Positions 47,201-56,079 of a stretch of 64,000 nt of DNA are shown one piece after another. Both the position numbers and the translations under genes were made by a program. This DNA comes from a virus. Position 1 is the first letter of the stretch. Every line of letters starts with the position of its first letter. Under the pieces are notes generated by a model. It did not search any database, was not told where the DNA came from, and was given only the letters and a program-made list of their open reading frames with translations. The stretch is taken from the IMG/VR virus record IMGVR_UViG_3300025133_000066, positions 14,291 to 78,290 of that record. The stretch is one strand, 5' to 3'.

Positions 47201-48760
47201 AACATCAATATCAGCAGCTTCCTCATCTGATGTTGGAACTTTTAATGTGTATTTTTCATACAGTGCATCGTCTGTTTTTAAATTTTTATTATAATCAGGA
47301 GGATTATAACCTTTTGCTTTCCACGGAAGGATAGTGTCGCCCACTAGTTGTCTGTATTTTTCCACTATTTCTGTAGATTTACCAAATTTCCCTATATTTT
47401 TAGATAAGGCATATAGCTTATCATTATCTAAATTTTCTAAAGCACATTTAGAAATTTCCTCAGAATATTCATCTGCGTTTAGGTAGGACATGGCAGTATT
47501 TGCCACCAACGATATTAAATCTCCCAAACCACAAAAACCAAGTCGGTTTAAAACATCTTTTCCTAGTGATTGGAGAGCTTCTTTGCCTTGTTTTTTGGAT
47601 ACCTTTTGTAAAATATCAGGAAGACTATTTAAAAAGGCATCTCCAATTTGATTTTTAACATCCTCGGCAAATGTTAGCTTTTCTTCTTCGGATTCTTCTA
47701 ATTCTTTATCTTTTTTTGCTTTTAATTCTGGAGTCAAGCATGGTTTATCGTAAATGGAATCCAAAACTGCATTTTGAAACAATTTTACTGATCTTTTAGA
47801 GATTTCTTTAAAAGCCGCAGTTCCTTTATCTATATCTTTATTCGAAATTCCATAAGAAGTGCTATTTTTGTCTGTTCTTTTTATTATATTGCTATTTGAG
47901 GCACTATTTTTAGACGGAGTATTGAGAAACCTTGTTTCAATAATATTTTGATATGTTATAGATGCAGATTTGCACAACGCATATAGCTCGTCCAAAGAAT
48001 AAATGAAATAATTTGTTTGTGGTCTATTTTGAGGATTTGTATTTATGAAATCACTAAAAGAAACCGCCAAGGTCGTTCTTGTTAAGAAGCCAAATAAAGA
48101 AATATATACTATTTCGTATGAATTGTTGAAATGAATTTCTACGTTTTCATAAATTGAAGAATCTATATCGTTTGAGGTTATTAAATTATTTAAATTTGAA
48201 GAAAAAGAATAAAGATTGTCAGCTTCCAAGATAAAATCCAGACCTTTATAGCCAGAATTTTTCATTTTAGAAATATCTTCAATATAATCTGCCTGAAACT
48301 GTTGAAATTTCTCTGCGACCAGATCAATCTTGTCATAAAATGAATCTAAACTATAAGAAGACTTTAAAGAATCTTCTAAATCAGGTGGAGGAGCATCAGA
48401 TAATCTATCTATTTGATCTTTTGGGATTCCCAATAAGATTTTTTGTTTTATATTGGGAAATGGACTAATAAAATCCTGAATTACTTCAATCTTTTTAATT
48501 AAATCTGCTCTATATTTTCCATATGTAATGGCTGATGCTTCTGTGCCGTCTGCGGTCTCTTTTGCTAGGGCGGCCAATATATTATCTAAAAATAAAGAAT
48601 AATAACTTGAAAATACACCACTTTTTGCGTCTTCTGCGACAACTTCTTGGTTCAATAAAATTGTAGAAACATATTGATCAGTTGAGCTATCGTAATATGT
48701 TTTATTGGCAGGTATTATTGTCCAATCTTTGGGTATCTCTGATAATGCAGAAGTTGTCAT
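44258..48760 (-). CDS. 1,500-aa hypothetical protein in the baseplate block
   Basis: Long, largely helical ORF between the spike and gp25; no recognisable motif. Confidence 0.65.
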   Translation of the reverse strand: MTTSALSEIPKDWTIIPANKTYYDSSTDQYVSTILLNQEVVAEDAKSGVFSSYYSLFLDNILAALAKETADGTEASAITYGKYRADLIKKIEVIQDFISPFPNIKQKILLGIPKDQIDRLSDAPPPDLEDSLKSSYSLDSFYDKIDLVAEKFQQFQADYIEDISKMKNSGYKGLDFILEADNLYSFSSNLNNLITSNDIDSSIYENVEIHFNNSYEIVYISLFGFLTRTTLAVSFSDFINTNPQNRPQTNYFIYSLDELYALCKSASITYQNIIETRFLNTPSKNSASNSNIIKRTDKNSTSYGISNKDIDKGTAAFKEISKRSVKLFQNAVLDSIYDKPCLTPELKAKKDKELEESEEEKLTFAEDVKNQIGDAFLNSLPDILQKVSKKQGKEALQSLGKDVLNRLGFCGLGDLISLVANTAMSYLNADEYSEEISKCALENLDNDKLYALSKNIGKFGKSTEIVEKYRQLVGDTILPWKAKGYNPPDYNKNLKTDDALYEKYTLKVPTSDEEAADIDVRFRAYKESVNLYINPNDLLSTLLDIFPDEMGWIGFFTDLTTGVLSKCTTGHSGIIKTKIALNPCKRINMPKLPEASGGGSSVFSSLATIVVEEIKNIIIGLIVRLITSTMSQLFQIISAGVSGDTDYFKRGGYIPDLFQNENFMHDAFYKVANNKKEESSEVNECVRQIIYDAREPANITQELSLEEVDSFLKIISVSLGEYEKIKLFKGEAGGTTYEKVRQLVADTPLEVYLKNYSDIEQIFLEIGKLLDVSKMEADYFNNLYNASLPVEFCIIETDMLDRAYLQNKPGITEEQISRMEDVLKNIQKDKLCFSASTMGNAQAPIFGQAMESILDPDGPVYGKIKEKQAEYFVEGINKQLEIFYKSYHNDLYKNKGFFDVILGNNGVPFVGYNNQKFLALLPFDPTALLSPAPSLTVLEAFKTRANRLKDVGYDSEINGDNFQMSLYQPKIASSQKSSGNMSVSFNKENILSYKVPPTTNLESGAHKISELLEGSLSPVASLRNKIKTGFLVSTPFGERPSPLQTHVFRYQNVIKDKILPTSGKTAYDKSYWTNLYDKLEDNSSVLVGSPDIEKQVGDLYKKANLNLEGSLYVPFNMATSSEELTTNYAGLILLTNIIISEIILRGTSIFAGFNPETLETKKMLSELVKNNLSQIFGSEKLNFYETICQIYLKLVETGIVENTDDNLEEITENFNEVIRSWIRGEISNRSDVLNDNKDDIDYIVSLFVTERISEYFNSTSYTIIKGLIQIGGLYNIKTLSLGATLNNGEVKNVWGNVDSFDRTTEIPYLRVEKYINVGPSTAESIPSGIQRLADLESYISSTTAVHNKISDSWPDGWKYGIRISSVYPLDISGVEESDFDPTDHPDLNSERYKNKAFLLKGGTMGSSFLLPIISFEEEIPDQTIDKLIIGSYDDNEMINNLINSEKFVDFYYAGMNIENLLTLVTIYNYESLGNIAPPPNWSKKLFEDSQNFAMQLIKES

Positions 48761-49722
48761 TAATTTGTCCTATTAAAATCACTATTGATATAGGAATTAC
48801 CAAGCGAATAGGTATAATTAAACTCATCGAAAAATAAATTTGTTTTGATGCCCAGTCCTCCAACTAAACCAATATTTATATTTGTAGCAACAAATTTTCC
48901 AGCACTCGGGGCTAAATCTGGAGAGGGGGCTGCGGTCATGATGGGTAGAGCCACAGGATGAGTGTGAAGACCCAGAGCTTGACCAAGCATTGCATTTTCT
49001 CCAGCTATATCCATTACCATATCTGCCAGCTTATCTATTCTTTTATATAGTGTATATATACAATCTATAAGATTATCACCTTTTACTAGTGGTTGTAAGT
49101 CACTGTCATTATTGTTGGCTATAAGTTCAACTCCTGTTCCAGAACTTATCTTACCACTCTTTGAATTATGATCTCCACTTGGGGAAGTCACAATCTTGAC
49201 GCCCAGCCTTCCTTTGATGGCAACATTATCAGCTATAATAGCAACACCTGAACGATTTTCAAATTTTGGATTATCACCTTCTGCTAATTTACAAGCTTTA
49301 TCTAAATCAGTAGTTTGAGATATATATACTCTAGCAGCATCGTGATCAAAATCATCATTGACGAATAAATTAGAGTTTTTTGCAGCTTCGGCTACGGCTG
49401 ATACTCTTCCACAAACGAGGTCTATGGATGCGGCTGGTGCTCCAGTGGCGCTGTAACCGGTTCCTGGACCTCTGGGTGCGTCCTGTGCCATCGTGATATA
49501 ACTTCCGTTGTGTTCGTTGGTTTTTGCAGCGTCGATGGCATTATAAGTCGGTAAGGATACAATTCTGTTTTTTCCATTGATACCTCGACCTGAAACATTC
49601 TTCTTGGGGCTAAGTGAATTATTTAAAGAAAGAAAATTTTGTTGTGTTTGGTTGAACTGATTATCGGCTAAATTAGTATAGTATGGAGAATTTAACCATG
49701 GTGGTAATAAATTTTGACTCAT
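48760..49722 (-). CDS. Putative baseplate central spike protein (gp5/gpV-like C-terminal part)
   Basis: Beta-strand repeats, QPLVKGDNL, and a C-terminal HTH (His-x-His) motif typical of spike apexes. Confidence 0.6.
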   Translation of the reverse strand: MSQNLLPPWLNSPYYTNLADNQFNQTQQNFLSLNNSLSPKKNVSGRGINGKNRIVSLPTYNAIDAAKTNEHNGSYITMAQDAPRGPGTGYSATGAPAASIDLVCGRVSAVAEAAKNSNLFVNDDFDHDAARVYISQTTDLDKACKLAEGDNPKFENRSGVAIIADNVAIKGRLGVKIVTSPSGDHNSKSGKISSGTGVELIANNNDSDLQPLVKGDNLIDCIYTLYKRIDKLADMVMDIAGENAMLGQALGLHTHPVALPIMTAAPSPDLAPSAGKFVATNINIGLVGGLGIKTNLFFDEFNYTYSLGNSYINSDFNRTN

Positions 49723-51255
49723 TTATCTTTTCTTCTTTTGTGTTAGCGCCCCGAATAATTTTATATGCATTCCGACAACGGCTGTCTTATAATTATCGAG
49801 ATATTTTTGATTTTCGGCCACGATTGCTGTGATTTGGGCATCTGTAAATCTTTTTACTTTAAAATATTTGAAAGAAAGGGGATCAACACTAATTTTTTTA
49901 CCAGATTTTACAACCTGTACTGAAAAATGAAGATGGACACCGGTAGACCCACCGCTTCCTGGCCATGAACAGTATAATCGGCCGACTGGCGGTTCGCGGT
50001 CTGGATTCGGAGTTGTATAACCCCAATTCCCGCCGCCGACATATGCAATAACGTGGCCCGCTGGCACGACATCCCCGCGCCTGAGTTGCACGGGCTTGCC
50101 ATCTTTGCCTTTTTTTGTAGGATGATTCCCCACCCTTACTATATGACAATAGCCAGTATATACTTTATAATCTCTATCTCCGGTGGGGTGAGTCATACCC
50201 ATAGAGGCGCCTCCGCTAGTGGGGGCCCCGATTGGTTTTATTTCTGGCCACCCCTTAGAAGCATGATTTTTGTTCGGGATCGGTTGATATCTTCTTTCCA
50301 TCGCTGTTTCGGGGCTTACTATATATCGAATAGTTCCAGCGGCTGGGGCGACAATTGGCATTAGGGCGGCGACCCAACAATCTATGCCGTTGTGAGGTCG
50401 GATGGTTCCTGACCCCATGGGATCTTTTCTTCCCGGTTTAATTGCAAATTTGCTTCCGCAATGGATTTTTGAATTTTTTGTTGTTCCAGTTGCCAAAGGA
50501 TTGAATTCCATCTGCCAATTTAGTTCTTCGGTTATAAATGTAACGTCTGGGTGAGCGGGGAAAGCACTTATGGGAAATGAACTTACTGGTGATTTATAAA
50601 ACCCACCTGCCGGAACAACAAGGACACCATTTACAAAGACTGGCATTGCTCCTCCCCAATTTCCCGCAGGAGGGGTTGTTACGAAGTCTGCTGTTAAGCC
50701 GGTTTGCTTAACCACTTTATCAATTTTACACATATTTTTATCATCATTTGTATATGTTTGATATACCTCCGATCCCACCTCGATTAGAGGACTTCCGGCT
50801 TCGCCCTTCGTTATGATAGCTTGCGGGTGTAAATAAGTCATTATTCGCCTCGTAAGTGCATCGGAGGGAAGTGCGGAACCACTATTGTTATAGTAATAAG
50901 GGGGATGACCGGCGCGCTCGGGGCCCTCTGCGCACCTAGTACTCATTGTCTTGTGGTTCTGGCGTACAGCTTCCAAATTGGCTGCATCGGTTTCGCCCAT
51001 GTTTATTTGAAGCGCCTCAAGGAAAGAGGGGAGGCGTTCAGCGACGCATACAGAAAGCCTTACATCTGATTTTGTTTTTGTACTGCTTTCCCCGATCACC
51101 CTATCTATTATAGATGGGACTACTGTGCTGGCATTTGTTTGAGTTGCGAAAGCGGCAGGAACAGCATCAATTGATCTTTTAAAAGAGTTAAATTCTCCCA
51201 ATTGTTCTCTTAGATATAGTTCTTCTGCCAGGGCTTCTGGGCTCTTTTCAGCCAT
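49723..51255 (-). CDS. Baseplate-associated M23 family peptidase (peptidoglycan hydrolase)
   Basis: HNGID (HxxxD), YTGYCH, V..G.VIAYVG and STGVHLHF (HxH). Confidence 0.8.
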   Translation of the reverse strand: MAEKSPEALAEELYLREQLGEFNSFKRSIDAVPAAFATQTNASTVVPSIIDRVIGESSTKTKSDVRLSVCVAERLPSFLEALQINMGETDAANLEAVRQNHKTMSTRCAEGPERAGHPPYYYNNSGSALPSDALTRRIMTYLHPQAIITKGEAGSPLIEVGSEVYQTYTNDDKNMCKIDKVVKQTGLTADFVTTPPAGNWGGAMPVFVNGVLVVPAGGFYKSPVSSFPISAFPAHPDVTFITEELNWQMEFNPLATGTTKNSKIHCGSKFAIKPGRKDPMGSGTIRPHNGIDCWVAALMPIVAPAAGTIRYIVSPETAMERRYQPIPNKNHASKGWPEIKPIGAPTSGGASMGMTHPTGDRDYKVYTGYCHIVRVGNHPTKKGKDGKPVQLRRGDVVPAGHVIAYVGGGNWGYTTPNPDREPPVGRLYCSWPGSGGSTGVHLHFSVQVVKSGKKISVDPLSFKYFKVKRFTDAQITAIVAENQKYLDNYKTAVVGMHIKLFGALTQKKKR

Positions 51256-51544
51256 TTTTTAATCCCCCCTCTTGGAGCAAATCAAAAATACCCCTCTTAT
51301 CATCGTCAGTTAGTCCGACTTGTTTCGACTCCTCCTTTTGTAAAAGAGTGGAAATTTTGACCAATTGTTCGTTTGATCTTTGGAGAGTCTCAACATATTT
51401 AGCAGCAGTTAATCCGACCTCTTTATGTCTTTCTTCACTTTTGCTAAGATAAACCATAACATCGTCGAGAAGACGACGAGTTATATCTCTATCATCTCTG
51501 ATGTTTTTGATGGCTTCATCAATATATTTCTCTGTCTTTTTCAT
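51248..51544 (-). CDS. Hypothetical coiled-coil protein
   Basis: 98-aa ORF directly after the sigma factor. Confidence 0.65.
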   Translation of the reverse strand: MKKTEKYIDEAIKNIRDDRDITRRLLDDVMVYLSKSEERHKEVGLTAAKYVETLQRSNEQLVKISTLLQKEESKQVGLTDDDKRGIFDLLQEGGLKNG

Positions 51545-51547
51545 ATC

Positions 51548-52282
51548 TCATTGGTCTCCCCGATCCCATTTTGTCTTGAATGTTTTATATTTTTTTCTCA
51601 TCTTATTTAAAGAATTAACAATCTGTTTGGTATTCAAGCCGGTAATTTCTCTCATGTACAAATAAATAGCTTTCTTATTAAAAATTTCTATATCATCTGG
51701 CGAACTTAGTAAGATTTTTACAGCTTCAAGGACTTTTTTCTCATTTTCCTTCAATTTATCGGTATCCCATGTTTCTATTTCAGTCCAAAGATGCTTCCAA
51801 AACTCATCCTTTTCCCTAGTCTCATCATAATCGTTGGTGGTGGAAACGTGCTTTAATTCAAGCTCTCTCGAAAGTTCAGAAAGTTCTATTTCTCTTTGAT
51901 TTTTCTTCTTATTTTTTTTAACCTGCTGTATAAACCAATTTTTTGTTATGACTGAAAAATATGAAAAGGCCTTTGATCCCTTGGAGGGATCAAATTTATT
52001 TAAAACAGTAATCAACCAAATTTTACACTCGTCTCTTAGTACCTCAATATTTGGTAAAATTGTAAATCTATATGTGAAAACAATCTTATCGACTAATTGA
52101 CTAAATACTGGCTGCAATAATTTGACATATAATTCTTCCCTTCTTTTGAAGGTGGTCTCTGGAAGATTATATTCATTAATTGCGTCTTCGTGAATTTGTG
52201 TGAAATAATTTTTTGAATTTTTGCTTCTGCGGATCCTGCGGCGCCTTTTCTTCTTTGGCGCGACTTTCTGTGATGTCGTCAT
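51548..52282 (-). CDS. Phage RNA polymerase sigma factor (probable late sigma, gp55-like role)
   Basis: Region-2-like KFDPSKGSKAFSYFSVITKNWF, C-terminal HTH-like helices, GAGGA RBS. Confidence 0.75.
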   Translation of the reverse strand: MTTSQKVAPKKKRRRRIRRSKNSKNYFTQIHEDAINEYNLPETTFKRREELYVKLLQPVFSQLVDKIVFTYRFTILPNIEVLRDECKIWLITVLNKFDPSKGSKAFSYFSVITKNWFIQQVKKNKKKNQREIELSELSRELELKHVSTTNDYDETREKDEFWKHLWTEIETWDTDKLKENEKKVLEAVKILLSSPDDIEIFNKKAIYLYMREITGLNTKQIVNSLNKMRKKYKTFKTKWDRGDQ

Positions 52283-52589
52283 TGATAAATTCCTCTTCTG
52301 TTATGTCATCTTCCGCATATAAATTAGGCTCATCAAACGCTTCGGTCAAATCTTGTGCGTGTCGTAATAAGTGTCTCAATGTTTCGTCCCCATAAAACAT
52401 TTCTAATTCATATACGGATTTAAGATGATTTGTAAAATTGTGAATAACAGTCATGGTTTCTGTTAATTCATCATCATAATATTTTATTTGTTGTATAGAT
52501 TTCCACCCATACCACAGCAAAAATATATTAAGTGCTGCCGATAAAAGCAATATTAAAAATAAAATCACTGATATTAATATCCAATTCAT
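52176..52589 (-). CDS. Single-TM membrane protein with acidic tail
   Basis: N-terminal hydrophobic helix; overlaps the sigma gene by 107 nt. Confidence 0.65.
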   Translation of the reverse strand: MNWILISVILFLILLLSAALNIFLLWYGWKSIQQIKYYDDELTETMTVIHNFTNHLKSVYELEMFYGDETLRHLLRHAQDLTEAFDEPNLYAEDDITEEEFINDDITESRAKEEKAPQDPQKQKFKKLFHTNSRRRN

Positions 52590-52849
52590 GCTTTATATTC
52601 CTTCTCTTTTAACTTTTTCTTTTCTTCTTTAACGGACTTTTTGTTCTTTTCTATATATTCTTCGACCAAAGATCCAACCTTCTTTTCAATTTTTGCCGTT
52701 CTAATCTTTTGAATATAGGCTGGAGTAGATGGAACACGACTAAAATCCCGAGAATCACAAGAAATGCAATTCGTCAGGGCCTCTGACATGCCGTGTTTTA
52801 TTTCGAAGTATTCATCGCAATCTTCGCAATGATAATTATACCTCGGCAT
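52586..52849 (-). CDS. FmdB-family zinc-ribbon protein
   Basis: MPRYNYHCEDC...CISC pattern. Confidence 0.8.
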   Translation of the reverse strand: MPRYNYHCEDCDEYFEIKHGMSEALTNCISCDSRDFSRVPSTPAYIQKIRTAKIEKKVGSLVEEYIEKNKKSVKEEKKKLKEKEYKA

Positions 52850-53030
52850 CTGTCTGTTCTTCTTCCTCTTGTTGGCCGAACTCTAAAATGGGTGGATTTT
52901 CCACTATCAACCCGTCGTCGGTCTCTTTAAAGACGAATTCTTGAAAAACTGGAACAATATCTGATTGATCCATTAATGATTTTTGAAGAGCCATCATTAC
53001 TGCTCCAATTGCTTGATTTGATAAGTGCAT
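52836..53030 (-). CDS. Hypothetical protein
   Basis: 64 aa; AAGGAG RBS; first gene after a consensus sigma70 promoter. Confidence 0.7.
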   Translation of the reverse strand: MHLSNQAIGAVMMALQKSLMDQSDIVPVFQEFVFKETDDGLIVENPPILEFGQQEEEEQTDAEV

Positions 53031-53049
53031 ATCTATTCTCCTTGTATAT

Positions 53050-53078
53050 ATTATAACCCACTATTCCTTGATTGTCAA
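53050..53078 (-). promoter_or_regulatory. Perfect sigma70 consensus promoter TTGACA-N17-TATAAT
   Basis: Exact -35/-10 hexamers with 17-nt spacer, intergenic. Confidence 0.9.
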
Positions 53079-53096
53079 GGATTAAAGTGAATTATT

Positions 53097-53936
53097 TTAG
53101 TCTTCCTCTGAAATGGCGCGCCCTTTTAAAAGTTCCCAATCTTTTTCTGGTCTAACTTCTAAATTCTTTTCCCAAACTGCTCTTAAAAATAGAGGATTAT
53201 ATTTATTTTTATCAGAATGGTCGATTAACGCTAATAAATCTTTTGGGAAACATGTGCCCCCGAAGCCTCTCGCTTGATCGGGGCCCGGTGTGTTGAGATG
53301 CGATTTACCAATTCTCACATCCAAGAGGGCCAAGTCTTTTACTTTATCATATTCTATTGATAAAGCTTGACATATATCATACATTTCATTTGCAAAAGAG
53401 ACTTTAGTTGCCAAAAATGTATTCGTAAAATACTTAACCATTTCGGCTGTTTTATAGTCGGTTAATTGATAATTTTTGCCTACAAAATGTTTTTCAAATA
53501 AATCTTTCACCACTTTAATGTCTTTTTGTTCGCCGCCAAAAACCACCCGAGAGGAATTTTTGAAATCCTCAATGGAATTTTTTTCAGTAAGGAATTCGGG
53601 GCTGTATACGAGGCGCATTTGGGGATATATCTTTTTGATCCAATCGCATGTACCGGGGGGCACTGTGGATTTTAAAATAATTATATTATCATTGTACCAA
53701 TAATGAATAGCCGCCATCACCTTCCCTATAATAGATATATCGCAACAACCCTCTTTTGTCATGGGGGTAGGCAATGCTACAAAAATTATCTTGGTGTGGT
53801 GTAAGACCTCATATATCGCGTTACAGTTAGCTCGGGTTGGGTCCTTATCATAAATCATGAATTCATGAAAGTCTTTAAAATTCTCATAAATTGCATTTCC
53901 AACAAATCCTTTACCTATTAATCCTATTTTATCCAT
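53097..53936 (-). CDS. UDP-glucose/GDP-mannose dehydrogenase family, short form
   Basis: GKGFVG, LPTP, KSTVPPGT, SPEFL, AEMVKYFTN and GFGGTCFPKD; ends shortly after the catalytic Cys. Confidence 0.88.
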   Translation of the reverse strand: MDKIGLIGKGFVGNAIYENFKDFHEFMIYDKDPTRANCNAIYEVLHHTKIIFVALPTPMTKEGCCDISIIGKVMAAIHYWYNDNIIILKSTVPPGTCDWIKKIYPQMRLVYSPEFLTEKNSIEDFKNSSRVVFGGEQKDIKVVKDLFEKHFVGKNYQLTDYKTAEMVKYFTNTFLATKVSFANEMYDICQALSIEYDKVKDLALLDVRIGKSHLNTPGPDQARGFGGTCFPKDLLALIDHSDKNKYNPLFLRAVWEKNLEVRPEKDWELLKGRAISEED

Positions 53937-54642
53937 TTTTCATCTCCATATCTAAATCAAAAGATAAATATTTTTTCCACTCATCATGGATTCTTAAATC
54001 TTCGCGTCCTTGGTGGTCCGTAAATAAGAAACATTCGGTTTTGTGCCACAAGGCCCAGTAAAGCAAAATGCTATTAAAACCAACAAAATATTTACATTCT
54101 CTAATTTTCTCCAATGCTGGAATAAAATCTAGTTTTCCACTATAATTTATACCAAACTCTGGAATAAAATCATTATCTATACCAAACCACAATACCTTAT
54201 CTGGATCGTAGTTATTGCGTACATATTCTACAACGGGTTTTATTTTATGGTTTCTCGTGCTATTCATCCCGGCCTCGACCTGAACGGCTATAAAATTTTT
54301 CTTTGGGGGAATATATTTTGCAAATGCTTCGGAAAAACCTTCATCTCTGCATGGCTCCCAGTGGTAGGATCTTCTAGGAATATTTATATACCCCTTTGCG
54401 CACACATTAAAATGTTTATCAAAATTTTTATGATGTTCTCCCCACCATCTCCTTATATTGTTCACGGTATAGCAATCATTTTCTATCTCAAAATAATCCA
54501 AAAGGTCTTTGGCCAATTCGAGTCTTTCCGGATTCTTATTGTTATCAATATGAGTATGAATCAAGGGTCTTTCATATTCCAAGATTTTTAATATTGCTAT
54601 AAAGCAATCACCCAAACCACCGTGGCTCAAACTTATTTCCAT
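53929..54642 (-). CDS. GT9-like (heptosyltransferase-like) glycosyltransferase
   Basis: Start moved to ATG 54642 (GGGGGA RBS); GGLGD motif near the N-terminus and C-terminal I.ECKYFVGFNS. Confidence 0.55.
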   Translation of the reverse strand: MEISLSHGGLGDCFIAILKILEYERPLIHTHIDNNKNPERLELAKDLLDYFEIENDCYTVNNIRRWWGEHHKNFDKHFNVCAKGYINIPRRSYHWEPCRDEGFSEAFAKYIPPKKNFIAVQVEAGMNSTRNHKIKPVVEYVRNNYDPDKVLWFGIDNDFIPEFGINYSGKLDFIPALEKIRECKYFVGFNSILLYWALWHKTECFLFTDHQGREDLRIHDEWKKYLSFDLDMEMKNG

Positions 54643-54646
54643 TCTT

Positions 54647-55012
54647 TTAATCCCCCCTAATGATGCGATAGCTATCTTCATCAAAGTGTTGAGTTGAAAA
54701 TTCGAACAATTCCGTATCTTGGAGGGCATATATTTGATGTCGAAGTCCGCGATATACATGAAAATTATCTCCCGGCGACAGAATTAATTCTTTGGCCTGG
54801 GATAAATCATCATTATCAGAATATTTTATAAGCACCTTGCCAGATTGGACATAAAAAACTTCATCTTTTAATTTATGATAATGCCAAGAGCAGCGCTTCC
54901 CTTTTACCAAATATAAAAGTTTGCCGCAATATTCTTCACAATTGACAATCCACTTTTCAAATCCCCATCCCTTGGGAACAAAATTAATCTCTTGTGTTGA
55001 AAAAGTCTTCAT
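54647..55012 (-). CDS. Cupin-fold sugar isomerase-like protein (mannose-6-P isomerase/D-lyxose isomerase-like)
   Basis: VPKGWG.E.W, SWHYHKLKDE.F and H...A..D..LFEFST. Confidence 0.75.
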   Translation of the reverse strand: MKTFSTQEINFVPKGWGFEKWIVNCEEYCGKLLYLVKGKRCSWHYHKLKDEVFYVQSGKVLIKYSDNDDLSQAKELILSPGDNFHVYRGLRHQIYALQDTELFEFSTQHFDEDSYRIIRGD

Positions 55013-55310
55013 CTGATATGCCTTTGTCATCTATATAAAAATCAGCGGATGGTTTGCCAAGAAAAAGATAGTGATATTTCACCTTCCATTTGTCAAGCTG
55101 TTTTTTTGTTAAATCATAAAATTCACTGTATGCAAATTCTGCATTGTTATTACTTCTGCCCATACCTCTTGCAGTTAAGAAATTTATCTCATGCCCTTCG
55201 TCATAAAGTTTATTAATTTTTATTATTCTATCTTTTATGGGTACACTGTTCTTATAATCTCCACCATTATTATAACATATTGTATTATCTATGTCAAATA
55301 CATAAACCAT
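54984..55310 (-). CDS. Small HAD-superfamily phosphatase
   Basis: Start moved to ATG 55310; FDIDNT, TARG, GKP and YIDDK motifs. Confidence 0.8.
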   Translation of the reverse strand: MVYVFDIDNTICYNNGGDYKNSVPIKDRIIKINKLYDEGHEINFLTARGMGRSNNNAEFAYSEFYDLTKKQLDKWKVKYHYLFLGKPSADFYIDDKGISDEDFFNTRD

Positions 55311-56079
55311 TAATATCCTCCTTTTGTATCGCATAAGTTCCAAATTTTTGAACCACAATACTGCTACAATGGTTAGCAAATTTAATCGACTGATTCATGT
55401 CGTCCGTGGTTAAATAGGCGTAGACTAAAGCCGACAAGAAAGTATCGCCGGCGCCGCAAACATCAAAAATTTCAGTTTTGTTGGTGGGGAATCTTTCCCC
55501 GAGGTAGAGAGCCCCCTCCTCCCCGAGTGTTACAATCAAATTATAGTTCGGTGGCAAATCGGTTAAAGCTTCATATTCGTTTTGATTAATTTTTATAATA
55601 CAATTATTATAACACGATAAGTCTGTCTTTTTACTATCAACGAAAACTTTTTTATTTTTAGCTCTCATTAAAATTTGATTTACTGTGTGGGTATCTAATA
55701 AGCCCTTATCGTAATCCGAGATTACTACGGCGTCGAACAAATTAAAAGAAATTGAATTTATTTTTTCTTCACTAAGTGGCTCAACTTTTTTTTCTTCGCC
55801 CCAGTCAACTCGTAAAAGATGCTGCCGGGATTTTTGATCAATGTGGCGCACTTTTACTATTTCCTCGTCGTTTGTGAGAAGGCAAACTTCAACACCAAGT
55901 CCCTCTAAATTGGATTTAACATTATAAGCCATGCCGCCATTCTTTTCTGTTTTTAAAACCTTGAAAATGGGAACTGGAGCCTCTGGATTCATTCTTTCAC
56001 AGATCCCGTAATGATAACGATCGATGCAAGAATCACCTATTAATAATATTTTTAATGATTTGGGTTGTTGAATATCCAT
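55294..56079 (-). CDS. PfkB-family heptose-7-phosphate kinase-like protein (HldE/RfaE domain I)
   Basis: IGDSCID.Y..G...R..PEAPVP, GG.A.NV, ISDYDKG and DVCGAGDTF. Confidence 0.88.
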   Translation of the reverse strand: MDIQQPKSLKILLIGDSCIDRYHYGICERMNPEAPVPIFKVLKTEKNGGMAYNVKSNLEGLGVEVCLLTNDEEIVKVRHIDQKSRQHLLRVDWGEEKKVEPLSEEKINSISFNLFDAVVISDYDKGLLDTHTVNQILMRAKNKKVFVDSKKTDLSCYNNCIIKINQNEYEALTDLPPNYNLIVTLGEEGALYLGERFPTNKTEIFDVCGAGDTFLSALVYAYLTTDDMNQSIKFANHCSSIVVQKFGTYAIQKEDINGLCI

